From assembly GCA_964188305.1 (NCBI GenBank), contig OZ076886.1: a DNA stretch of 64,000 bases; one strand, written 5' to 3'. Origin of the DNA: Podarcis bocagei (taxonomy: Eukaryota). Each line of letters begins with the position of its first letter. Positions within the stretch are counted from its first letter, which is position 1. The notes beneath the pieces were generated by a model, which worked only from the letters and a program-made list of their open reading frames with translations, was not told the origin of the DNA and searched no databases. Positions 1-12,000 of the stretch are shown piece after piece. Both the position numbers and the translations under genes were made by a program.

Positions 1-373
1 GGCGCCACTTTATTTGCATATTCATGAGCTTATTTATTATTCATGAGCTTTCCCGGGCCCCCCCAATATTTTTTATAAGTCCGCGTCCCTGAGCTGATGT
101 CAGTCCTCTTTTACTTTTTACTCCTGGAGTGCCTCGTTTCAAGACAATGCTTCATCATCAGAAAAGCCTGCTCAGAGCCTTCTTCTGACCACACATTATG
201 GACACAGCAATATTATACTGGATCAAAGTTTTAGAAACTTGTACTCAAATTCTGGCAAGTGAAATCTCTGTTCTATGCACAGCTACTTGAGGGTATAGGA
301 TTGCACAGCACGTGGTTTAAGATGAAAAAAATGGCACAGCAGAACAACTATGTATATTGAGGAAGAATCTCAC

Positions 374-3300
374 CTTGTTTCTCCTTCTCTTTGAGCGGAT
401 CTGCATTAAACACTCTAAATCCATTTTCCATCCCACATGCAAAGCACCCTAAAAAAGAAGAGGATTACTACGTCAGGTATATATGCTCTGTATCAACAGG
501 AAAAAGACAGCTCAGTAGCAGCACATGCTCTGTGTACAGAAGTCCCAGACATCTCCCATTAAGAGGGTCAAGTAAGACTCTTCCCTGCCAGAGATGCTCT
601 TAGTCACAACAGGCAATACAGGAATCTAACTGCAAGTACAGATCCAATGCATTACAGTGGTTCAGTTGTGTCCATGGCAGTAGAATGGCTTTGTGAACAT
701 TTTAGTAAAGCAATTGGCACTAAAAGCTGTAAAGATGCCTGGAACCTGATGTATTTTCTTGGCTATTTAGGATCAAACCTACACAGCTGTTTATAGGGAT
801 TAGGGAGTCCTCATTCTGCCAAGTGTAATTTGTTTTTGAACAGGCTGACCCACAACAGGCTTAAATTGAGAGCTCTGTCAACCACACATTTCCTGTTTCT
901 TGTAGTTGATGCCAGTTATTGAGAAAAATGTGTCTTCCCTTTCCCCGCCCCCTTCTGTTCCTCTACCTCAGCATTTATAGTAACTGCATATTATTTTTCC
1001 CATTTATTTATTTACCAAGAAGCACAATCAAGTACATCAATCTAAATATTTTTTTTCCTTTCAGCCAGTTCAAACTTTATTCACTATAATGGTTTAGAAT
1101 GAACCTTGAATTTATGAGCCACCACATAAAATGCCCGTTCTTGCGTTGACACCTTTCAGACCTCTTGTGGGGGAGGCACCCAAAGAAGGGCCTCGGGTGA
1201 TGATCGCAGGAGACAAATAATTTCATGCGGCGAGAGGTGGTCCCTGAGGTATTGCAGTCCTGAGCTGTTTAAGGCTTTATAAGTCAAAACCAGCACATCT
1301 GAATTTGTTGCCAAGATGAAAGCTGGAATTCCAACAACTCTACTAGCCTATAAACAAACACCTAGGGAAACTGCATCCTGTAGGTGTAGCCCATACAACC
1401 CACATGATATAAAGTTTCTGATGCAAATAGAATGTGAACATTTTACTAGCTTACACTGAAGTGACTACTCAGATTACTGCAATAAAATATTCTCAAGGTA
1501 AAGAACAGCAAAGCATAAGCTTTTCTGGGGTGAGGTTTACTACAAGGAAGTTGATCCCTAACTTGTGTTACTCTAGTGAGTCATAGCCTATTTTCTTGGC
1601 AGAAAAAAAAGAACACTAGCTAGGATGGCTATTTTTGCTCATTCACTAAGGGCCACATCAATTTGGGATGCCTCACACACTGTATTTTTAGGGGAACACA
1701 TGAAATGTTAAATGTGCACCTAAACAAGTGTGATTTTCTTAGAAAAACAATTATGAAATGAACAGCAGCACAATAAACATAGGACACTCTTCATTTTGCA
1801 AGCACATGACTGGTGTAGTCACTCAATTTGAACTAGCTTCCCTATCAAATTAAAATGACAAACTATTTGTCATTGCTACTAATTAGGGATAATTGTAAGA
1901 ACATAAGAACTGCCTGCTGGATCAAGCCAATGCTTCATCAAGTCCATTGTCCTGTACTTCAGCAGCCACCCAGATGCCTGTGGAAAACTCAAAAGCCTAG
2001 AGCTCAGAATCACTCTTCCCTCTAGTGCTTTCCAGTAACTGGTATTCAGAAACATTACTGCCTCCAACTGGGGAAACAGTTATCATGGCTGGTAGCCATC
2101 GATAGCCTTATCCTCCATGAATTTGTGCAATCCTCTTTTAAAGCCATCCAAAAGTTGGTGGACATCACTGCCTCCTCTTGAAGTGAGTTCCACATATTAA
2201 CAATGTACTGCGTGAATGTACTTTCTCTCATCAGTTCTGAATCTTCCAACATTCAGCTTCATTAAAGGTCCACCAGTTCTAGTGTGATGGGGGGGGGGGG
2301 CTTTCCTGTCCATTCTCTCCATGCCATGCATAATTTTATAGACTTCTATGTCACCTCTGATTCACCTTTTCTCTAAACTAAGAAGCCCCAAACACTGCAA
2401 CCTTCCCTTGAAGATCCATTCCCCTTATCATTTTAGTTGCACTTTTCTGAACCTTTCCCAACTTTACAATATCCTTTTTTGAGGTGAGCTGACCAGAACT
2501 GTACTACACAATATTCCAAATGTGGTTGCACCACAGATTTGTATGTCATTGTGACATTGGCAGTTTTATTTTCAGTTCCTTTTCTAATTCCCCCTAGCGT
2601 GGAATTTGGCTTTTTTTCACAATTGCTGCACACTGTGCTGACATCCACTATTACCCCAAAGTCTCATTCCTGGTCAGTCATCACTAGTTCAAAGCCCATG
2701 AGCGTATATGTAAAATTATTATTCCTAGTGCTAACAATTTATTTACAATGAGTTGCATTTGCCATTTTACCAACCATTCATTCAGTTTGGAAAGGTCCTT
2801 TTGGAGCTCTTCACCATCTCTTTTCATTTTAAAGACCCTGAACAATTCAGTATCATCAATAAATGTGGGCACTTCACTGCTCACCCCTTCCTAACTCTTG
2901 ATCATTTGTGAACAAGTTATAAAGCACAAATACCAATACCAATTCTTGTGAGACTCCATTTTGTGTTCCTTTTTGTTCTCTTCATTTGGACAAAACTTCC
3001 TTTTGTTAAAGGAAGCCTTCTTGCCTCTAACGGCTTCTTTGACTCTGCACATTACCAAACTGGCATTCTCTTGGCCCTCATGATACTTTTTGCCATCTAT
3101 GGTGTACACGCCAGCCGAGTTTCTAATACTGCATTTTTAAACAAGTCCCCAGCAATTTGGAGTGATCCAACCCAATTGACTTTGCCTTTCAACTTCCTTT
3201 TTACCAAGTTCCTCCCTTTGGGGAAGTTTCCTGTTTTGAAATCAAAGTACATTTAATTTAATAGTGCTATGGTCACTGCTCCCAACTGGCATGACAACAA

Positions 3301-4539
3301 TTACATCTTGCATCAGGTCCTGGGCGCTACTCAAGATTAACCTCAGGGTTGCTGACTTTCTAGTTGGTTCCATGACCAGAGGCACAGTCATTTAGGGTAT
3401 CTAGAAATTTTGCTTCTTTACTGTGACTGGGACACAGAAGAGATACCGCAGGTCATAATGTTGCTGCTATGTGCCCTTTGATTAAAAGCAATAAAACTGT
3501 TCAGGACATTCAATTCTGCATGCAAATTCATATGCCCAAGAAAGCAGCTACCTCTGAAAGAGCTGCAGTTTGATGAGAATTCAAGCAAGGCAATCTGAGG
3601 AATAGAATGATTCAGTGCAAAACTGGGCCAAAACACACATCTTAGCCCTAAGTCCAGCTTTGGCATCTGCTTGTGGGAACTGTTGAATTATGCATCAGTT
3701 GCAGTGGAAATGGCATTGAGTAGGAGGGCAAGCCTGACACTCATGCCCAACAAGGAGCTCAATATATGCAGGTTTTTAAAGAGAAAGACTAAAGGAGAAC
3801 AGGATGAGGCAATGTACAAGGGGTAAAGCATCTGGGCTGGGCCAAGCACTGTTGTATTAGGACAAAACAAGGCTCCGCGTGGAAGCCTGAGAAGGCAAGG
3901 AGGAGAATGGAAGCAACTGCCTCCCCTGCCTTGGTGTCTCTGGGCAGAGGCCGATCCTCCCCGCGCATTTTGCAAAACACCAGACTCCGATTGCGCCCCA
4001 TAAACACCCAAGCGCGCGTTTTCAGAGGCCGGAAAACGGAAAGGGGGGAGACGAGGCCGAAGGGGGAAGTATTGGGACCCATCAACGTTAGCAGAGAGTG
4101 CCAAGCAACGCAAACTTAAGGGACAAAGGCAAGCTGCTGGGAGGAAAGAGATGTGTTTGAGCCCGGAGAGGGCAGCCTCCTCTCTTCGCCCCAAGAAGGG
4201 AAGGTAAAGCCCTCCTCCCCGCCCGCACTTTTTTGTGCCCAGGCATCCGTCTAGGCTGGCCGCGGGTTCGAGACCTGCGCCTCCCTCCTCTCGGAAGGCC
4301 TGGAATTATTTGGGTGGGGGCGAGAACTCAACTTTCGCCTCTCCCAACCTCACCCCATTAGAGACGCTGAACACGGGGGAGGAAAGGAAACCCGCCAAGC
4401 CCGAACGCCTCCCCCGCGGGCGGACAGGCGGACCCCTGACTCCCACCCCCGGCGCCTCGCGAGGGTCTTTACCGTGGTCCTGGTTGAAACCGGCGAACAG
4501 CAACCCATTCCCGTGCGGGTTGGCTGGGAGCAGGTTCAT
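374..4539 (-). CDS. WDR45B: WD repeat domain 45B (WIPI3), coding exons 1-2; gene continues beyond the left edge of the window
   Basis: Exon 1 4539-4473 ([23 protein letters not shown], donor GTAAAG) and exon 2 448-374 ([25 protein letters not shown], acceptor tttttAG, donor GTGAGA) splice in frame. They match the WIPI3 N-terminus as I recall it, and order/orientation next to RAB40B is as in human 17q25.3. Confidence 0.95.
1135..1300 (-). mobile_element. L2-like LINE fragment
   Basis: Resembles the squamate L2 3' region (ctgagctgtttaaggctttataagtcaaaaccagcac); recognised from memory. Confidence 0.5.
1895..3415 (-). mobile_element. Degraded CR1 LINE in WDR45B intron 1
   Basis: Broken minus-strand ORF2 pieces (FIDDTELF...[19 protein letters not shown]; [21 protein letters not shown]) and a CR1-type tail (agaacataagaac on plus). 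Confidence 0.85.
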
Positions 4540-5120
4540 GGCGCCGGACTCCGGGGAAGGCCGCAGCCGCAGCCGCGGACGGGGGGGGGTCCTTCACACC
4601 ATCGGGGGAGGGTCACTGGCCTGAGGGGGCGGCAGCGCCACGATTCCTTCCGGACTAGACAGGCGCCGCGCCGAGCACCGAGCGCGTCCAATGAGCCTTC
4701 CCAGGCTGACCAGAGGAGAGCCGAATTGTCGAACGCCGGCCGCCGCCGCCTTCCTCGGCTTGGCTCTTTCCATTCCCCAGCCTGCTACGTCCGTCCCCCT
4801 CTTTGCGAGCGCAGAGCGCGTCGCTCAAGGCAGGCCGCCCGGCGGAGTGCCAAGCTAACGATCAGCAGCCCGACTCTCACCTGGCTGGCGCCACCGGGAA
4901 AGGTGGGCAACGGACTGCGCTCTCTTCTCGCGCCTCTCACGGTCTCCATCGCGTGTCGCCTTCGCTGCCCTTGCAAGAGAGGTAAGGGATCCTACATGGG
5001 GTTACGAGGAGGCAAAAGACCCGTTGGACCCAGTAAAGCCCCCAGTAAAGTCACCACCATTCCAGAGGTTGCAAACGCGCTTCTTACTCCAGAGTTGGTC
5101 TTTCCTTCGGGAATGAGGCA
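3950..5120. promoter_or_regulatory. CpG island / promoter of WDR45B
   Basis: GC- and CpG-rich stretch spanning WDR45B exon 1 and its upstream region; boundaries estimated by eye. Confidence 0.85.
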
Positions 5121-5273
5121 CGACCAGTGCCGGATTTACGTATAAGATAAACAAGCTATAATTTAGGGCCCCCCTCTCTTGGGGGGGGGAGATTAAAGGG
5201 GGGGACTGGATGTACATTTCCAAAATATAAGATATAAAAAACAACAGCACCTACATACAGCAACAGTGTTTTG

Positions 5274-5428
5274 TGTCCGTTCTTAACCTGAAACTGTTCT
5301 TAACCTGAGGTACCACTTTAGCTAATGGGGCCTCCGGCTGCCGCAGCACAATTACAGTTCTCATCCTGAGGTAAAGTTCTTAACCCGAGGTACTACTGGG
5401 TTAGCAGGTGTTTGTAACCCGAGGTATT
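5274..5428 (+). mobile_element. Internal fragment of Tigger-like MITE family A
   Basis: Matches the interior of the complete copy at 50055-50272 (ttcttaacctgaaactgttcttaacctga...ccactttagctaatggggcctcc). Confidence 0.85.
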
Positions 5429-5504
5429 TGTGTGTGCAAATGACTTTAGATACCTATTAGGTCCATAAATTACCATATAGCATATATTCAACACAAAAAA
5501 CAGC

Positions 5505-5685
5505 CCAGTTGCACCTTAAAGGTAAAGGACCCCTTACAGTTAAGTCTGAAGAAGTGTGCATGGACACGAAAGCTTATACCCTGAACTAACTTACCAGTAG
5601 TTGGTCTCTAAGGTGCTACTGGATATTTTTTAAATTTTTTATATCTATTTCATCAGCGTCAGACCAACACAGCTACCTACCTGAA
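5505..5685 (+). mobile_element. Penelope-like retroelement terminal (pLTR) fragment with hammerhead ribozyme core
   Basis: Flanked by the 12-bp duplication acaaaaaacagc (5493-5504, 5686-5697); inverted piece 5505-5521 versus 5606-5622; CTGAAGA-stem-GAAA core at 5546-5580. Confidence 0.75.
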
Positions 5686-6256
5686 ACAAAAAACAGCAAC
5701 AATTTGTTGTTGACAAAGGACAGCTGGACATATAAAGAGCCCCATTACCTTCAGTAACTTAGGGCCTCATCAAACCTAAATCCAGCCCTGGGCCACACAT
5801 TTGCAAATGAGGCTTACCTCTTCACCCCTTTGTGTCGCCTAAATGGCTTGTCCCCAGGCTTGTCACAAGGAAATTACCTGTTAATTAACTTTTACACTTG
5901 TTGATTCTCCAGGGTTAGCCATGGCTGGCACCCACTTAGCACACAGGGTCTGCCTTCATTAAGCTTCTCACATGTTAGTGTCAGGAGCTTTGAAGTGTGT
6001 CTGCAGAACCTAATACACATTTTAAGATCCCAGTTCTAATTATATTCCAACATATATTAAACCCGGGCATTTAGCATCTAAAGACCTATAACAGTATGCT
6101 TCACATGTTGCTGTGCTTAAGACAATGTGCTGAGGAATAAACCTTCAAGTGCTCAGACCACAGATTTTTCATAAGGCATATATAATCAAAGAACATTGCT
6201 GGTTTCAATAACACACTGGTAGTATATGGTATATACTACCATATACAGTACTACAA

Positions 6257-6487
6257 CTCCCTGGAAAAGACCCTGAACTCCCTGGAAAAGACCCTTATGT
6301 TGGGAAAGATGGAGGGCACAAGGAGAAGGGGATGACAGAGGACGAGATGGTTGGATAGTGTTCTCGAAGCTACTAGCATGAGTTTGACCAAACTGCAGAA
6401 GGCAGTGAAAGACAGGAGTGCCTGGCGTGCTCTGGTCCATGGGGTCACGAAGAGTCGGAAACGACTAAATGACTAAACAACAACAAC
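6257..6487 (+). mobile_element. 5'-truncated RTE-BovB LINE 3' end
   Basis: ctggaaaagacc...atgttgggaaagatggagggc...ggggtcacgaagagtcgga followed by a (CAA)n tail; perfect 12-bp TSD acagtactacaa (6245-6256, 6488-6499). Confidence 0.9.
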
Positions 6488-6899
6488 ACAGTACTACAAT
6501 TTCTGTTCTGGTGTTTCATTTGTGGTTCACTGTGCTTAGGAAATGATTTCCTCCCTTTCTTCTTCATCAAGCACTTTCACAATTAGGAACATGAAGTGAC
6601 ATGGAGGTGTGGTGTGTTGGCTTGGCAAGTGTATTTTGCTTATGCTTGGCAATAATTTTATTTTTGAATACTGCTTTTCAAACATGAGACAGAGAAACAG
6701 CAGATCCTGCCGACTCCAGGAATTCCTATTGCTGGTTTTCAAACAAATCACTTATCAATCACAGCTTTGACTTCACTCATTGGCTAAAAATACTGACTGG
6801 CAGCTTCATAACTTACTTTCTAGGAGGGCTAAAGGCTGGATTTGTTTTGGTTTTTTAATTTAAAAAGACAAGAGAAGAAAAGCTCTGAGTACCTTTGCC

Positions 6900-7655
6900 T
6901 AGGGGTACCAATTAAGACATTCAGTCTTGAATTGGGGGTGAGCAATGAGGTCAACAATTTTGCTGATGACAGCAAACTGTGTAGGCTGGTAAAAACGAAA
7001 AGGGATTGTTAGGAACTCGCGACCATCTCTCCAGACTGGATAGACATTAAAATGGTGAATGTAATTCTGTGTAAGCAAGTGTAAAGTGATGTATATTAGA
7101 GCAAAAAAACAACAGCACCCTAATTTCTCATTTACACTGAACCGGTGGTGATTGAGCAGGAAATATATTTGAGGTTGTGGTGGATAACTCTGTGAAAGTG
7201 TAAATCTTGTGTGTTGTACTTGAAATCCTGCTCATCTCAAAGATGATACTGCAGAGCTGGAAAAGATGCAGAAAAGAGAAACCAATAAGATCAAGGGGCT
7301 GGAACAACTCTATGCAGAAAGCTTACTTCACTTGGGGCTTTTCAATTTACAAAAAGGGTGATTAAAATTAGCTACTGTGGAATTAGCTACTGTATGATGT
7401 AGCAATGGCCACCAACTTGGATGACTTTAAGAGTTAACTTCGCCTTATTCTCCATAATTTTTCTATCAATGTAATGGCCTTTTTTGCCTCCAGTATCATA
7501 AGGTGGTATGCCTTTGAATACTAATTGCTGAGGAGCACAAGTGAAGAAGGGTGCTATTGTGCTAATGTCCTGCTTGTGGACTTCCCAGAGGCATCTCATT
7601 GGTCACTGTGAGAACAGGTGGGCCTTTGGTCTGGTCCAGCATCTTATGTTCCTAT
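6900..7655 (+). mobile_element. Degraded CR1 LINE
   Basis: RT motif tttgctgatgac (FADD) near 6958, CR1-like 3' sequence and a cttatgttc tail. Confidence 0.75.
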
Positions 7656-8244
7656 AGTAGATTGCAATAATAAATTAAGATTCATAGGCAGATGATATTG
7701 CCCTTGCAGTAGCAGCTCTGAAACAACAGGTGTTATTGATGGTGTCTGGTTGTTCACCTGGAAGATGGTGGGGGCAACCAAGGGGGTAACAGAGGGCAGT
7801 TGTTCTTAAGAGAACTCTGCCAAGTAAAGGAAAAACAGAGTAAAAAAATAAAATAATACACCATCAGAAATGTTTTCAGTTCAAATCAAACTGTACAATA
7901 TAAAATAAAAAGCAAAACCATGTTAAAACAAAATAAGTTGAAAACAGAACAGCACAGCAGTGGAAAAATACCCCCAGTTTACTTAAAAACCAACTATCAG
8001 CCAATAATAATAATAATTTTATTATTTGCCGCCACCCATCTCACTGGGTTGCCCCAACCATTCTGGGCAGTTGTTCAATGTAAGCATCTTCCTGACTTCA
8101 CAGATAAAACTGGTAGGAGATGACCCTTTAATTAAGTCTTGAACAAATTATAAATGAAAGTCATTACCTCAAGTCTTGGGAGACCAGGAAAATATTTAAC
8201 TAGGAAAAACCACTCCAGCACTTTTTAGAGCTTTTAAAAAGAGT

Positions 8245-8250
8245 TTTATT
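8245..8250 (-). terminator. Candidate polyadenylation signal of RAB40B
   Basis: AATAAA on the minus strand about 790 nt after the stop codon, ending an AU-rich 3' UTR-like stretch. Confidence 0.5.
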
Positions 8251-9035
8251 TTTAAATAGCATCCTTTCCCCGATAAAGCAGCTTTTCAAATCACATTTTT
8301 CTTACTGCTATGTGGCAAATACATCTGATGTCTTTGGCTTATTTTGCAATATAACTGATCACTAGAATATCCATTACAAAAATGTAGATTTACCAGAAAA
8401 ATAAGCATATAAACCACAGATTAATCCCTAAACAACATAGCAAAACTTTTATCAAATATTTTATACATGGATGGGAGAAAATCTTGTGTATATTGCATTT
8501 ACACACTGGTAGCTCAAAGCAGTGCTTCAAAATCACTGAGGAAACAGTACAAAACCATTTTCAGATGCTCTACTGCAACATCACAAATAATTGTTTCACT
8601 ACAGAATTTGTAGCTTTTACAATGTATACAATACATTGTGGTTTAAAAAACTGCCTGCATCTACAGACTGACACTGATTCCTATTTAACTGCTAATAAAA
8701 TGTAGTGATTAAACAATATTTGAGCAATTAAAACAACTCACTTCTGAGATTTAGTGTCATCGAAAGCTGAGTAGTGTGATAAATTATTCCCTTTATAAAA
8801 CACACAAAGTCTTCATGCACATCAAAAAAATGATATATAAAAAACCCAACAGCAAAGTTTCACATCCCTTTGTTTGCACAGAGTGCATCACACATCTGGA
8901 AGCAGCATTATTTAAAACAAATGACTCTAAAATAGCAAATTTTTTTGTTCTGTTTCTGTAATGCAATACATACAACAGACCTGACTATGAGTCCTTGTGT
9001 TAAAGGCTCTGGCCCAAACCTTTCCAAGCAGAGGC

Positions 9036-12000
9036 TTAGGAGATTTTACAGCTATTTCTGGTGCAGTGTTTCGGAGGGCTCTGGAGTGGACGGATAATTT
9101 TGGCTTTCTTCAGACTATTTCTTTTGTTGTTGTTGCTGGCAGTGAGAGAGTAGGAACGTCCGTGCATCATCCGAGCATTAAGTCCATTGGCCATAGAAAA
9201 CGATTTGAGATGGCTTCTTAAGGCAACAGGGAGTGGAAGTTTGTCCACAAGGTGCACTGGGGTGCATGAAACTATGGCGCGGCAACAAAGATCTTGCAAA
9301 CTCAGGACTTAAAACAAGAAACAAAAACATGAATTAAGATTAGTCATAATATGATTCTAAATAGCCACAAGGTGACACGAGTGCACAGCTTTGACTTCAC
9401 TGTATTTTTCAGAGCTCTCGGGTTCTGTTTCTTTTCACTGCTCCTGAAGTTCCTTCCTAATTCTACCTTGAATCCCCATAACTATGGCTTGCCTCCATGA
9501 ATAAAGGTGATGTTGCAACGATTTAACAAGGGGAAAATGGGGAAGAAGAAAATACAAAAAATTCTAACAACACACAACCCTCCCCCTGAAAAGAAAAACA
9601 GCCAAATAAATAAATAGATAAATTAAATTAAATTAAATTGAATTGAAGCAATACTACAACCTCCAGCTCTAGATGGCAGCATAATTCCAGGGGCCCACTG
9701 AAGTAAATTTTAGGTAAACGGTGCTTGAACATCCACTTTAGTCACCTCCTTTTCTCTAACAACCCATGTATAGCTTGCAGGTACTTATTCAAATTATTTA
9801 GGGGTAGAAATTCTCCTTCCTTCCACCTTAGAGAAGAAGAGCTATCAATTTATAAGCCTTTCCAACATATCCATCACACCTGAGGTAATATGAAGCACCG
9901 GTTTCCTTTGTGCATCTGATGAAGTGAAAGATTTTGCCGTGATAAATTTGTTCAAGACTCTGTTGTTTTTGCTGCAAGAGACTAGCATGACTCACTCTCT
10001 GGAAATTGTAAATATTAACCATGTCCAGTACTAGTACAGATGTAATGCTAAGCATGGTTAAAGCAGACAAGGGAAGCGAGTGGGGAGGAAGGGTGCTCCC
10101 AAGTTTGGCGCTCAATTGTCATACTGTTTACAGCAGGGTGGCTAATCTACAACCTGCATACTGCTCAACACCATTAGTTTTTTAACATAGCTCCCCAGCA
10201 CGGCCAATGTAAATTTATGCTGCATGTGTGCACACACAGAGCACTCTCTCACACACACATACACCACACTCACCACATCTGCAAGCACACAGCATTCTCT
10301 CACGCAAACACATACACAGCACTCTCTCACTCTCTCTTTGAGTGGGGCAAAAGTCTTCCTATTCCTTTTCAATTCTCTCTGCCTGTTCTTTAAAGATTAG
10401 CTCCTCATCTTGTGCTCAGCGTCACAACACTGATATGAGGAGATAAAAGCTTTATGGGGCTAGTGGACCACTTCCTGTGGCTTGCTGGCCCAGAGCTGGC
10501 TCATGAGTTAGACGCCCCGCTGCAATAAAGCAAATGATTTTGTGTTACTTACCTTTGTTTGGCCTCCACAGCCGGTCCATTCCATGTCTCATTAACACAA
10601 TCCTTGCAAGTTCCGTAAAGGACTCTGTGATGTTGAAATTACAGAGTGGGCTTACTTCAAAGAATGTCATGCCTAATCTTTCAGCATAGGCCTGTGCCTG
10701 CTCAGTAGATACTTGTCGTTTGAAGGCCAGATGCAGGCGGTTGCCAACAAGGATTTTGGGTACACCAGGAGCATGCTAAGTAAAGATAGACAGCAAAATG
10801 TTAGCTTAGAAGTCTCTCACCCTCTTCTTCAACAAAATACTGATTATTAACAACAACAGTAACAACAAACTCTTTAATTCCCTTTGTCCATAGTGCTGTG
10901 CTATAGGTGGATTCCATCAAGAAAACCCAATACAAGAAAATATAATAACCAAACAGAATCAGCAGGTGGTAAAAAAATGTACTGCTTTGCCAAATATAAG
11001 TTGCAGAATTTTTATTTTTTTTAAAAAACAACCCTTCAACATAGAATTATGGGTATGTAAAAGTTTCAAGAATAAACTTTCTGGTCGATCATATCAAATG
11101 TGTCTGATAGAGTTACCACAACCAACTGAAGATGAAAATCATTCACCAAGGCAACTACAGCAGTCCCAGTTTGAAAACCAAGCCAGAAGTCAAACTGCTA
11201 TTGATCAAGGTAGAATAAGCACCAGGAATGCTTGGAATCATCTGACAGGCCACCTGCTGCATGTTATAAGAGGAAGATCAGGAACTGGACAAGAGTTGGT
11301 GTCATCCAAGTCCAAATATAGTGTTTGAGAAAGGGAATGACTTTAAGGCAAACAGGATATAAGCAATTTTATCTGCAAAATGTCTCACATGTCACAGCAA
11401 GCTGTCAATTACTTCCCTCAATAGTCAAGACATGCAGTTAGGTATCCATTTGCCACCCACAGCAACTCTAAGGTGACACAGTCTTTTGATGGCAGAAAAG
11501 AAAGCTCCCTGCTACTGCAAACTCTTTCAAATGGGTTTTAGGCCACCTTCAAGTGGATTTGTCATGAGTTTTCAGCCACCCACATTCTAGCCATCTCATT
11601 CAGTCATCATGTAGTTCAATCATTTTCTTAGGCATTATATGAAACATTCAGAGATGTGTCTTACCTCATCTATTTCCTTTATCCATCGATCAATGCCATC
11701 AAATGACCAGCGATTTGTAATATCATATACCAATATCACGCCCTGAGTGAATAAAGAAGATTAGATCAGCCTGACACATATATAAGGTACACAGTACATC
11801 ACACAATTTTGTGTAACCATTCCTTTATTTAACCAGGAAAAAGAGGAGCAGACTGAGGACTTAACAAATCTGAACATTTCTCTAAAATAATTTATTTCTG
11901 GTGACTCAAAGGATGCTCCCTTTATTCAGCAGCAACAAATTGTATAACAATTCTTGAAAGCAAGTAGTACAATAAGTAAGTATAGTTCCCCCACCCCTTA

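Larger units (their letters stand above)
5125..5790. mobile_element. Non-autonomous hAT-like element containing two nested insertions
   Basis: TIRs CAGTGCCGGATTTA ... TAAATCCAGCCCTG; degenerate 8-bp flanks ggcacgac / ggccacac. Confidence 0.65.

Noticed and set aside
3688-5145. 168-aa, 129-aa and 223-aa ORFs around WDR45B exon 1
   Set aside because: GC-rich CpG-island artefacts; only the 67-nt WDR45B exon is supported.
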